Part shown: positions 10,008 through 21,963 of the stretch, one piece after another
Layout: each line of letters starts with the position of its first letter
Position numbering within the stretch: position 1 is the first letter of the stretch
DNA from: Diploschistes diacapsis
Taxonomy: Eukaryota
Length of the DNA stretch: 38,366 nt
Assembly (NCBI GenBank): GCA_023645945.1
Contig: JALAIB010000057.1
Span: 1 to 38,366, forward strand
Direction of reading: 5' to 3'
Program-made: the position numbers and the translations under genes
The notes under the pieces: generated by a model
Told to the model about the DNA's origin: nothing
Database searches by the model: none
Seen by the model: only the letters and a program-made list of their open reading frames with translations

Positions 10008-11501
10008 CTATGGAAGCATTTTCGCCCCCTTCTGGCCGATGCTCTCTGGGTCACTGGACGCTATAGCTTCGGCTGCCGCACTTGTGTCTTTCTCCTCGCT
10101 ATTGGAGTCTCTCTCGCTCCCATGTTGCTGCTCCGGCTCGCTCGAGCTCGGCTCTTCGGCGGCATTGATGGACTTCTTTTCACTCGACCTTTTCGGGCTC
10201 TGCTCCTCAACCTGAACCACGTCATCGGCCTTTGTTGACAACGCTTGCGCGCTCCCAGCGCCCAAAGTTAGTCGACATCTACGACGGTGAGCGAGAATGG
10301 CGCAGGCCAATCCCACCAGCCACCAAGCAAACATTATCGGCAAATCGCGATGCAGCTCCGGCGCAGGCCCATTCGACCATATGTAGGTCAAAATTTCGTA
10401 TGTAGAGTAAGCTGGCAACGCGTATCCCAGCCGGTAGAAGCCCGGCGTATGTTCAAAGGGGCTGATGGTCGCGGAAATGTTGAGGAAGATCCAGGTGACG
10501 ATGAGAAACGGCATGGCTGGTTGTGGCAGCACAGATGTGGCGGCGTCGATGAGGCAGAAATGGATGTGCATCAGGAGCCAGAGAAGCATCCATGTTTCCG
10601 CGAACTGGTCCCCATGTACCGCCCAGTTTTCTCGAAATGCCCAGATGTAACCTGTCATGCACAGTGCTCCAACGAAAGTATAGACAACCGAGACTGCAGC
10701 CCTCAAAATCCCGCTAGACTTAGGCGGCAAGCCGCTGTAGATGCGGAATCTAGCGGACATGCCGTTCAGGGCAAGGATGAAGAAGAATTGTTGTAGGATC
10801 GGCATCCCCATTGATATGGTGTTGTAAAATACCTTCGCTCCTTGGGGCATCGGGTTGACATTGATGGCAGTGGCATCGATCGGGTCCAAGTAGACTTGGA
10901 CGGCGGCCGGGTCATTTTGTGCAAGGGTCGCTAGTGCCTCGGTGCCGTTGATGGAATTGTAGGCGACACGAGTGGCGTCCACGAGCAGGGCGAAGCTGAT
11001 CCCAAAGACAGCGTCTCCCGTGGCTGGATATCTCACTTCGTTCCAAACGTATGTCAGCGCTTGGGTAGAGTCGTACGTCGCAGCGGCCGATCCACCCCGC
11101 AAGGCTGCGGAAAGTCTTTGAGAGGCGCCTTGCGACGCAAAGATTGCTGCCCAGTATTGCCGATTGCGGACGGCTTGGACGATGGAGTCGGATGATGGAT
11201 ACTGACTCGCTGGTTGCGTGATGAGGGTGGGGAAGGATGGAGACTTGAGATTCTGGTAAGCGGAGGCCAGAGAACGGCCGACAGCTCCTCCATCGTAGTC
11301 AACAAGGAGGACATGAAATGCAGCGCCTCGCTGCGGTTGGTTATACACTGAACCGTATAAGTAGGCAAGGTTGAGCAGGAACAACAGCAAGATAGCCACG
11401 GCTTTGACGGCAGCGGCAGCGAAGAATTTGCGCAAAGGCAGAGTCTTCGGGGCTGCGTCATCTGCTGGCCGTCTGCCAGGCTCTGTTCGGTTTAGTGCCA
11501 T
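10008..11501 (-). CDS. SNG1: SNG1-family (DUF3533, nitrosoguanidine-resistance-like) multi-pass membrane protein
   Basis: Intronless 497-aa ORF: N-terminal TM ending LAYLYGSVY, VLLVDYDGGAVG, VRNRQYWAAIF, YVWNEVRY luminal domain, then about six TMs with QQFFF, PFEHTPGFYRLGYALP, LFAWW-like end, and an acidic tail. Confidence 0.88.
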   Translation of the reverse strand: MALNRTEPGRRPADDAAPKTLPLRKFFAAAAVKAVAILLLFLLNLAYLYGSVYNQPQRGAAFHVLLVDYDGGAVGRSLASAYQNLKSPSFPTLITQPASQYPSSDSIVQAVRNRQYWAAIFASQGASQRLSAALRGGSAAATYDSTQALTYVWNEVRYPATGDAVFGISFALLVDATRVAYNSINGTEALATLAQNDPAAVQVYLDPIDATAINVNPMPQGAKVFYNTISMGMPILQQFFFILALNGMSARFRIYSGLPPKSSGILRAAVSVVYTFVGALCMTGYIWAFRENWAVHGDQFAETWMLLWLLMHIHFCLIDAATSVLPQPAMPFLIVTWIFLNISATISPFEHTPGFYRLGYALPAYSTYEILTYIWSNGPAPELHRDLPIMFAWWLVGLACAILAHRRRCRLTLGAGSAQALSTKADDVVQVEEQSPKRSSEKKSINAAEEPSSSEPEQQHGSERDSNSEEKDTSAAAEAIASSDPESIGQKGAKMLP

Positions 11502-11630
11502 GGTGGAGTTGGGACAAAGAAAAAGTTGCGAAATGGAGACAGCAAAGCAGATAGAGGGACATTTAATGCCCTCATAGGATACGGGACAAAAACTTAAATA
11601 GATAATATTACATCACGCTAAGGCAAGCAT

Positions 11631-11659
11631 TCGTGTCGTGTCGTGTCGTGTCGTGTCGT
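11631..11659 (+). repeat. (TCGTG)x~6 microsatellite in the SNG1 promoter
   Basis: tcgtgtcgtgtcgtg... read directly. Confidence 0.9.
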
Positions 11660-13254
11660 CCAACTGTTAGCTCACTCCATTTCCTTGTTGCGGTGAACAA
11701 AGGCAAGAAGGGGTTGATCTAATAGTTGGACCGCGAATAGAGGCTGTAAAGTTTCTTTTGCCGCAGGATCTTACAAGTTGGTTTCCCCCTCCCACGGCTC
11801 AAGTCTGTCTTACGTGATCGTTGACCTGATCGGAAGAACGGAAGGGGAATTACGCGAGAGGCTTTATCTTGTTGTCCCACTAGCATAACTCTCCCCGTCC
11901 TCCCCCGTCCTCCCCCACATTTTCACATTTTTCAACCCTGCCAATGTGACTTTGCTTCGGCATCTGATTCAGTTCGGAGATCCATCCGGCCCTTTCCCAA
12001 CAAACTCTACTCGGATGACCCGGCTCACATATCATAGTGCGTGGTGTCTCTCTCTCCCCCACTCCCCCCCGAGACGGACAGCTCTCACTGACCTCTCATG
12101 CAATGTAGGCCCAAGTCTACGCAAATGCTTAGCTTGCATAGATTGTTTCTTTCAGGACTGATAAGGTCGCTATCTACAAGGACGAGATGGGATAATCTTG
12201 GCTTTCACACTTTCATCTTTGCAAGGGATCTGCGTCCCCTTGTCGGCTCGGCCCGCAAAGCCCAGAAGCTTGATATATACCAAAAGCGGACGCCAATGAA
12301 GCTAGATGATAGGGTGGTGGAGCTTGCTAAACCGGGGGCCATAACAATGCTACAATTAAGCGGCGTTAATTTCCGCCGCACATGTCGATAGATACTAATA
12401 TCGTTATAGACATTCCGGGCCTCCGCTCTGCGTAAAAAGCCAAAGCACGAACTTTTTCAATTAGCCTTTATCGAATGAACATGCAATGCAAATGTACACG
12501 GACGCATTGGCCATTCTGCTGGTAGCCACCCATTTTCTGACGTCTCTTCTCGCGCCATTCATTCGTCTGATATGTTCTACCGGCAACCTCTGGTGACAGC
12601 ACAGACCGAAAGGACCAAGTCCCAGTCATATCAAATATGACAGGTTGAACTGAACATCTTGGCTAACTCTCCGGTAAAATGTTTCACTTGTTTTATCTCC
12701 TAGCAGTCACGTAGGGTTACCACGCGATAACCCTTGTTCAGGCATATAATGTTCGAAGTCTATTGCAATGATTCATAGAGACTGCAGATCAGGGAGCACA
12801 AACCTCCTAGTGACCTATGTTGGATAGAGTAATGCCAAAGAACGATCTGCTCTCCTCTCGGATGTGTTCGGAATGCTTGTGGATCACCGCTCGAGGCTGC
12901 ACGGGACCTGATAATCTAGGAGATGATACTCTTCGCCTTCCCCCCAGTCCTGCATAAGGTCTGTCCTAGGGCATCTCCGAGACAAACCAATCCTACGATG
13001 CAAGATACGGTCTGGATTTGACTATGCGTACCAATGCGATCGCTGGCGCCTAGGCCAACTACTCAACCATTCCAATGCGCTTTGCAGTAGTCGCCATCGA
13101 CCTCAACGACTTAGATAGGAAGTCTTGACTTCATGGTTGTTGATCAAGGCGCCCTAAGATTTTGCTCCCCCTGCGAGGAACATTATAAATGGCTCTCTGC
13201 TGATAACTTTCTATCTACCTGTCAAACGCCCTTTTGCAAATACATTGATGCTAG

Positions 13255-16200
13255 ATGGCGTTGCGTAAGAGAGTGCTCCTTTTTGGAGACCAGACCGTCG
13301 ACGTCTACCCAGCCATCAAACTCCTGACTCGGCTGTCCAAGCACTCGTTGAACTTGCGGACATTCTTTCGAAACGCTAGTGATGTCCTTCAATTGGAAAT
13401 CGCAAAGCTTCACACAAATGAGCGGGAGAAGTTCCAAGCTTTCGTCTCAATTCTTGATCTGGCCGAAACTCGCGTCGATGGAAACCTCGATGTGGTTGTC
13501 TCGACCGTTCTACTCTGTGTTGCGCAGTTGGGTTCTTTGATACTGTAAGTTCATCCCGGTCAAAGAAGGTGTCCATCCATCGCTGACTCATCGCTCCTCA
13601 TACAGTCTCTCGGAAAACGAACCTAGCTTCCTTGAAGCCAAGGCATCGTCCGAGATTCACATTATCGGCCTTTGCACCGGGTTATTACCCGCTGCTGCTG
13701 CCGCAACCGCCAGGTCCACAGGCGAGCTGCTGCTGCTTGCACCTAGCATAGTAGCCATGGCACTACGGCTTGCGCGTGAGGTGGATCTTCGATCAAGCCA
13801 GATCGAGGGAACAGCGCAGAGTTGGGCTGCCATTGTACCCGGTATCCTTGCCAGTGAGCAGAAAAGCGCTTTAAAAGAGTTTCATGGGCAGACGGTAGAC
13901 CCAAAAAAACCTGTCATCATGATCACCTTTACTAATGAGCTGTAGAAATTGCCTTTACATAAGCATGCATATATCAGTGCCGAGGCCGAGTCGTCCACGA
14001 CAATAAGCGGGCCACCTTCGACCCTCTCGACCCTCTTCTCCGCCTCTCCGATATTCTCGAAGGTCCCTAAAAGGAGGCTGCCCATCCCCGCCGCATTCCA
14101 CGCTCCTCACTTGAGAAAGCCAGACACGGATCAGATAATAGGCTCGCTTTCGCTGCACGATGCGAGCCTGAAGCCGAATGTATACATCAGATCCACCAGT
14201 TCGGGGGCCCCGGTCGCCGTTGATTCTTTGATACCGTTACTGCGCGAGGCTCTCGACGACATCTTCCAAGCTCCGCTCTACTGGAACAAAGTCCTTGGGG
14301 GTGTCGTGGCCGATTTTGACAAGACCTCGGAAGTCACGGTCATAGGCATCGGCCCAAACAACGTCTGCACGTCCCTGTGCCGCGCCTTCGAGGCTGCGGG
14401 CATCAAGGTGCTCGAGCATGACCCAACCAGCTTCTCCCTGAAGGAAAATTTGCGCTCCGGCTCAGGCGACGTTGCGATCGTTGGCATGTCTTGCAGAACG
14501 CCAGGAGCTGAGACACTTGAAGAGTTTTGGGACGTGCTGGAGCGAGGTCGAGATCTCTGTATGAAGGTCAGTCTCCTGCTGACACCGGCAGCTCGTTTTG
14601 CTCCTTTAGCCATCCTTGTGATTGCCGAGTCTCATCATCGTATAGGTCCCCAAAAGTCGCTTCGATGTGGAAACCGAGTGCGATCCTTCGGGAGCCACCA
14701 AGAATACGACTTCAACACCCTATGGATGTTTCCTAGATCGCCCGGGTCTCTTCGACGCTCGGCTCTTTAACATGTCACCCCGAGAAGCTGCGCAGACAGA
14801 CCCGACCCAGCGTCTCATCTTGTTATCGGCTTACGAAGCACTGGAAATGGCTGGTTACAGCCAAGGAGCCACTCTGCCCAATGGACGGATCGGCACCTTC
14901 TTTGGGCAAACAACAGATGACTGGCGGCAACACAACATCTCGCAGAACATTGATCTGTATTACGTATCAGGCGGCCTTCGGCCCTTTGGGCCGGGCCGGC
15001 TCAATTATCATTTCAAATGGGAGGGACCTTCATATTCCTTGGATGCCGCTTGTTCATCAAGCTCGGTATCTGTCGAGATGGCCTGCAATGCTCTACTAAC
15101 GCGAGACTGTGATACCGCTTTGGCAGGGGGGGGCAACATAATGACGGGAGTGGAAATGTTTGCTGGTTTGAGTAGAGGAGGCTTCCTCTCCCCCACAGGC
15201 TCGTGTAAAACATTTGATGACGGTGCTGATGGCTACTGCCGGGGTGAGGGTGTTGGCACTGTTGTTTTGAGGAGATTGGAAGATGCCGTGGCGAATCAAG
15301 ATAAGATCCTAGGAGTGATCAAAAGTGTCGCGACGAATCACTCTGCGCACGCTACGTCCATCACTCATCCGCATTCCGGTGCCCAGCAAAGGCTCTACAA
15401 GCGCGTGTTACAGAAAGCCAGCATGGATCCGGAGGATATTGACTATATCGAAATGCATGGCACCGGAACGATAGCTGGCGATACGACCGAAGTGGATTCT
15501 GTCTCGAAAGTGTTCGGAAAGAGCCGTAAGGAAGGTCACCGTCTCTATATTGGCTCCGTGAAACCAAATGTTGGTCATGGAGAGGCGGTAAGACAATTGC
15601 TTAGATCTATCATCTCTCATTGTGACCTGACTCCTTTAGGCTGCCGGCATCACGTCTCTAATCAAGGCGACCTTGATGCTTCAGAAGAGTACCATACCCC
15701 CTCATTGTGGAATCAAGACCCGACTCAACCACGCCTTCCCCTCCTTGACTCATATGAACATACATATTGCGGATTCTCCCCTGGCATTTAAGCCTCGGAT
15801 GGGTGGCGATGGGAAAAGAAGAATTTTGCTGAACAATTTCAATGCCACGGTAAGAGACCCTTGATCCCGCTCCTTTTGAGAAATGAAACTCATGTGTAAC
15901 GGCAGGGTGGCAACACAAGTCTGGTACTGGAAGATCCACCCGAAAGCTCCGTCAAGGGCGAAGATCCCCGATCAGCCCACGTTGTTGTCCTTTCAGCCAG
16001 GAGTCTATCGTCACTGAAGCTGAACAAGCAACGGATGGTCGAATACCTGACAGCGAATCCGGACACGAAGGTAGCGGACATTTCTTACACCACCACAGCC
16101 CGCCGAATGCACCATGTCTTCCGAACAGCCTATTCCGTACAGAGCACAAAGGAACTTGCTGAGCTACTGCACAAAGATCTTCACGGATCGATAGAGCCTA

Positions 16201-19200
16201 CCAGAATAGAGGACGCACCCCCTGTGGCCTTCACCTTTACCGGTCAAGGCTCGCAATATTCTGGTATGGGACGCGAGCTCTTTGAAACATGTGCAACGTT
16301 TCAACAATCAATTCTCCAGTTCAATACCATATGCGTTCAACAAGGACTACCCTCCTTCCTGCCGCTGCTTATCGGCAGTGACGTGGACTACAAATCTGCG
16401 TCCACTGTGCAAGTTCAATTGGCGTTGGCATCTTTCGATCTAGCTCTTGCCATGCTTTGGCGGTCATGGGGCGTGATGCCGAATGTGGTTATCGGCCATA
16501 GCCTTGGAGAATATCCAGCTCTGTGCTTCGCCGGCGTGCTTTCCCCGATGGACATGCTTTTCCTGGTTGGCGAACGTGCAAAGTTGATGCAGACGCACTG
16601 TACTCCTCATACACATGCTATGCTGGCGATTCAGTGTCCAAGAGACGCACTTGCAGGATATCTCACCACGGACCTCGGGACCTGCGGAATTGCCTGTATT
16701 AATGGTCCCAACGCCACCGTCGTTAGTGGAGCGGCCGGGGAGATCAAGATCCTGACAGCGAAATTAGGTTCGAAGGGAGTCAAGTCAACTCTTTTGGAAG
16801 TCCCCTACGCTTTCCATTCGCCTCAGATTGACCCGATCTTGAAAGAATTCCAGGCAGCGGCGGAGACGGTAATGTTTGCCAAGCCCACAATTCCAGTCGC
16901 TTCTACATTGAAAGGCGAGGTGGTAAGCGAGGCCGGCGTCTTCTCTGCCAGCTACCTAGCTCGGCAGGCCCGGCACCAGGTTGACTTTCTGGGCGCTATC
17001 GAAGCGTGCAGATCCAGTAGAAGGATTACTGACCGAACGCTAGTCGTTGAATGCGGGCCTGCGCCTGTATGCCTTGGAATGGTTCGATCAACTTTGGGTG
17101 CCTCTCCTGCCGTGACGCTCCCTAGCATCAGATCTGGCGAATCGCAGTGTTGGAAGACTCTTTCCAAAAGTGTCGCAAACGCGTTCAACGCTGGGGTCCC
17201 AATAATTTGGTCGGACTATCACAAATCATTTGAGAACTGTCTGAGCTTGGTTCACTTGCCAAAATATGCTTTCGACTTGAAAGATTACTGGATCCAAAAC
17301 TCGGGCACCCAATCTTCGACAAAAAGTGAGCAAGTTGTTGCACAGCCAGCATTCTCGACGACCTGTTTGCAACGCATTGAGAGCGAAACTTTCGCCAAGG
17401 ATGAGGCCAGTGTCACTTTCGTGTCAAATCCCTTCGAGCCTGACTTGTTCGCGGCCATACAAGGCCACCAGGTCAACGGTGTTGGCTTATGTCCCAGCTC
17501 CGTCTATGCAGATATGGCATTCACGGCCGCTTCATACATCTACTCCAAGCTGCAGCCTTTCGATTCTGTTCCCGCAATGGATGTTGTTGGTATGGAGGTC
17601 TTCCATCCGCTGGTCGTCCTTCCAAAAGAGGGCAGTCCGTCCCAGCTTATCAAGGTCACTGCTGTTCAAAGAGGGGGTACTGGCCCGATCAAGGTGCTCT
17701 TTAATTCCCAGGATGGAAACAAGACTGAAAAGCACGGTCACTGCGAAGTGAGTTTTGGAAACGGGAATGAGTGGAAGGATGAGTGGTCGAGAAATCAGTA
17801 TTTGGTGACGAGTCGCATGAAAAGTCTTGCCATCGCAGCGAATGATGGTTCTGTTCATCGCATCCTCCGTCCAATGATTTACAAACTCTTCTCAACGATT
17901 GTTGAGTACAGCAAGAAGTACCATGGGTTGCAGGAAGCCTTCATGGACGACGCTTTGAATGAGATCTCTGCCAAAATAAAGTTTCAGGATGTTGCAGAAT
18001 GTGGGAAATTCACTCACAGCCCTTACTGGATTGATACCATTGCGCATCTTGCGGGCTTCGTTCTTAATGGAAGTGTCGCAAAACCCGAGCACACCGTGTT
18101 CATCTCGCATGGTTGGAAGAGCATGCGCATTGCCGGCCCTCTCTCCCACGAAAAATCATACACGGGCTATGTTCGCATGCAGCCTGTTGGCGATCGTGGC
18201 CTTATGTGCGGGGACGTCTATCTCCTCGAGGGCGAGCGCGTGGTGGCAGTTTGCTTCGGCCTCAAGTTTCAGGAGATAAGGAAGACCCTTCTTCACGCTC
18301 TTCTAAAGCGTAGCTCCGAGGCTCCCGTGCGACGCGCGGACGATGACATGCGGCGTCCACAGGCTCGCGCCCAGAATACTACATTTCGTGAACCTCTCAA
18401 AATAAAAACAGCGCTAGCGCCACGATTTCCTAAGGCTAGTAACTCACAACTGCAGTTCTCAAAAGTTCTGGAAACGGTCGCCGGGGAAGTCGACCTGGAA
18501 GTATCCGAATTTGGGGAAAGTACAAAATTCTCTGAGCTCGGCGTCGATTCGATCTTAAGCATCTCGATTACCTCGTTACTGAAAGAAAATTTGGGGCTTG
18601 ACTTTCCAAGCTCGGTTTTCGCGATGTACCCCAGCGTGGCCGAGCTCAGAGATTATTTCCGTGAGGAATTTGGCGAGACCGGCGCTGCAGAGCTTGTTTC
18701 CACGGAGGATGACAGCGGAAACTCTTCGGCCACGCTAGACTATATTCCACCATCGTCTGCGTCCTCGAGGATGTCCGAGATGAACGACGTTGCGGACGTT
18801 TTTATCTCGTCGGTTGCTGCTGAGCTGGGCATCGATCCGGCGGAAATGGAACCGTCAACGCGATTTTCTGATCTAGGTGTCGAGTCCCTGATGAGCATTG
18901 CTATTCTAAGCGCGGTCAATGATCGTACAGGCACCATGCTACCGACCTCGTTCTTCATTGACTATCCAACCGTTGCAGACGCTACTAAGGAACTCGGGAG
19001 TGCATCCCAGCCTCCGCCGCCGCCGGCCGCATCCTGGGCAGCCAAAAAACCCGAAGCAAGCAAACCCAAATACACCAGCCGCTCTATATTCATCCAAGGC
19101 CGCCCAAAGTCCGGCCTCATTCCCCTGATTCTCATTGCCGATGGCGCCGGCTCAGCAGCCTCCTACGTCAACCTCCCGCCCTTCAAGTCCAAAATCCCCG

Positions 19201-19979
19201 TCTACGCCCTCGAGTCGCCCTTCCTCCAATGCCCACTCGAATACACCTGCAGCTTCGAAGAAGTCGCCACGATCTATGTGGACGAGATCCAAAAAATCTG
19301 CACCTCCGGCCCCATCATGCTCGGCGGCTGGTCCATGGGCGGCATGTACGCCTTCGAAGTCTGCAAACAGCTGATGGCCCTTGGCCGTGAAATCAAAGGC
19401 CTCATCATGATCGACAGCCCCTGCCCCAAACCGATGCCGGACATGCCCGACCCCACCATCGAGCTAATGGAGCACACTGGCATCTTCATCGGCATCAAGC
19501 GCGCCGGGCAGGCGAAGGAGACGCCCATGCCGCTATCGATGAAACAGCATCTCATTAGCTGCGTCAGGGCGTTGAAGGCTTACGATCCCATCCCTATGCT
19601 GCCGACCCGGCGCCCGGAGCACGTCTTCATCATCTGGGCCAGAGACGGGACGTTTGAGAAGTGGAGCAAGGGGGTTGAGGCCACAGCGAAGCAAGAGGTC
19701 ACGGGTGAGCCTGGGCCGGAGGAGGTCGGCCTGAGGAAGGATTGGTTGACCAGTCAGCGGACATCGTTTGGGCCGAATGGATGGGATCGCCTCGTCGGCG
19801 ATGGGATCGAGTGTGTGGCTATCGATGGAGATCATTTTTCCATTATGAATGTGCCGGCGGTATGTCTTCCTTTGCTGTACGCGCTCCTGTTGTTGTTTAT
19901 GCTAACGATTGAATGCGACGAGCAGGTCAAGTACACGGGACAGCTGATTGAGGAGACTCTGGAGAGGTTCATGGCTTAG
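13255..19979 (+). CDS. Iterative type I non-reducing polyketide synthase, SAT-KS-AT-PT-ACP-ACP-TE; probably group I (orsellinic acid/resorcylate/depside type)
   Basis: Exons 13255-13544, 13606-13894, 13946-14566, 14646-15587, 15640-15849, 15906-19859, 19926-19979 join in frame. [80 protein letters not shown] dyad: GHQVNG..CPSS and [12 protein letters not shown]1 LGVDSI; ACP2 LGVESL. TE: GWSMGG..DHFSIM. No KR/DH/ER/cMT domains. TATA-like TATAAAT at ~13184. The group assignment rests on remembered similarity of the N-terminus and TE, not on a tree. Confidence 0.96.
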
Positions 19980-21939
19980 TGACCAGTCGTGATATGAGAG
20001 AGATTGATAACAAAATTTTGTCGCGGTTCTTTCATTACATCTTCACCGCAACTTTTGTTCTAATGTGGAAATTGACAGACGTCTTAGAGGCGGGGCGGGG
20101 CGCAGAATAGATGGATGTATTTAGGTTTCTTTCCTCGTCCAGTATCATCCAATCTCATTCTTTCTCCTCGCTGTGCAACAACTGCTGCTCTTGTAGTTAG
20201 GCTTTGATGGAGATGCCTGAGATTGTTCCTTCCCGAGCCTGCAAGCCCAGGATTCCTAGAGCGTCCCAATTGGAATCGCCACCCGTAGGCATGCTCGTTT
20301 CATACGTCTTTTCGGACAAGAAATGCTCAGCTCGACGCCCAACCTAGAGCATTAGCCCTAGAACAGGCTCTGGGCGGGGGGGGCCTCTCTAGCTTGGGGG
20401 CAGGCGGGCTCCAGGGCTAGCTAGTAGTACATGACGCGCTTTGCTTCTGTACTTTTATTCTTCCTTTTCCTCTATACCTGCGAACCGTTCTACATGTAAT
20501 ATACGCGACAAGCTTGGGTTCGTCTGCCGTCGAGATTGCCTTGTTCCTTTAAAAGTACAACGGATCTGCGACACAACGGGTTCTTCCAAGTTTCGAAGCT
20601 TCCCATGCACCTCGCGAGGTGTATATAGCCTCGGAGTGCATGATACATCATCGTCTTGTATGTGTTGCAAGGACTATTCCTTGGGTTGGGTCATCAGCGT
20701 CTGCCAACACTTATTGCCAGTAGACAGCCACTGTACCGAAGGAGCTACGTGTCTATATATGATACTACGCTGATAGCTCGATTAAAGACCAAACGGCACT
20801 GTTCGATAAGGAATTGCGGGAGCGGAGTGGAGTGGCTTGCTTGATCAAGGTGAAAGAGTCTGTATACCACAGCGATGAGGTATTGGAAGTTTGCTAAATG
20901 GGAGACAAGAGGGAAGTTTTGGCCGGTATCTGATGACACAAGCCTTGGAAAGTGGCACTCATTCAATTTACCATTGGTGTTTGCAGGTTTTTTCGAAGTG
21001 GATTCACGGACTGACAGGAATCTCTATATAAGATTTGATTGTCTCCGTCGTTCTTTATTTATAGCTCATGTCCTTGCTCATATCCTCCATTTCACGGTTT
21101 GCCTTATTCCTACTAGGGTGTTTCGAGCCATATAGACTGTTGGCGAGGTATGCTCTTCCTTAAACACGATGTTTGTATCTCAGAAACATTTTCTCACTAT
21201 GACTCCATCGCGGTCAATAACTGGCTTAGATGGTTCTGGTTCCTTGTCTTCTTCTGATGCTAATGCATACCAAGCATGATGACCCTGAGCTATATTTAGT
21301 GTCGTTAATAGAATAGCAACGCTAGGAGTGAAGAGCGCAGCAGCCGCTGCGCTTTCCAGAGCTATGCTGATTCAACAGGGTTTCAAACAGCACAAAGTTA
21401 GTCTGATATATATAGCTAGGACTGAGGCAGAGATGTTGGAATTATGAGATTATTTGGTTGACATCGGCGGCGCCTGCACGAAACGTTAGAAGAAACGACA
21501 GGAGAATGGACTGACTGTTGGAAGACTCAGATGCTTCGGTTAGCACTCAAGATATTCTGCCTAGGAACGACTCGCCGTGAGTATGGTAGTGGTGAACGAC
21601 TCAATGCTAGTAGTATATGCGATCGCCTGGCTTTTTTTCGTATTTTTCGGTAGCAGCTAATCGAGTTAATCAAAAAATCTGGCCAGAGATGTTCTATGGA
21701 TTTGAAAGATTCCTTGAGAATGCGAAGCTGGAACGGTACATTTTTACGACCCAAGACACAAGACAACCACACCTCTCGTAAACTGTGATGATGGAGTACT
21801 TGCCGATGTTTTATCACTCTTTCGGGATGGCTTAAACGGCACATCTAATTTTGAAGACCTGTGATCTAGGGTCGCATCCTGGTACTGGACAATGCTGATT
21901 TCGCCCCCCCGATCACTTCGATTGATCTTACGGACAATT

Positions 21940-21963
21940 ACCATATGGCAGCTGCCATATGGT
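21940..21963. repeat. Perfect 24-bp palindrome ACCATATGGCAGCTGCCATATGGT
   Basis: The sequence equals its own reverse complement over 24 nt. Confidence 0.9.

Noticed and set aside
10287..10796. 169-aa + strand ORF
   Set aside because: Antisense shadow of SNG1.
20352..20421. Small imperfect hairpin (TAGCCCTAGA..CCAGGGCTAG) with G-runs downstream of the PKS
   Set aside because: Short and imperfect, compatible with chance.
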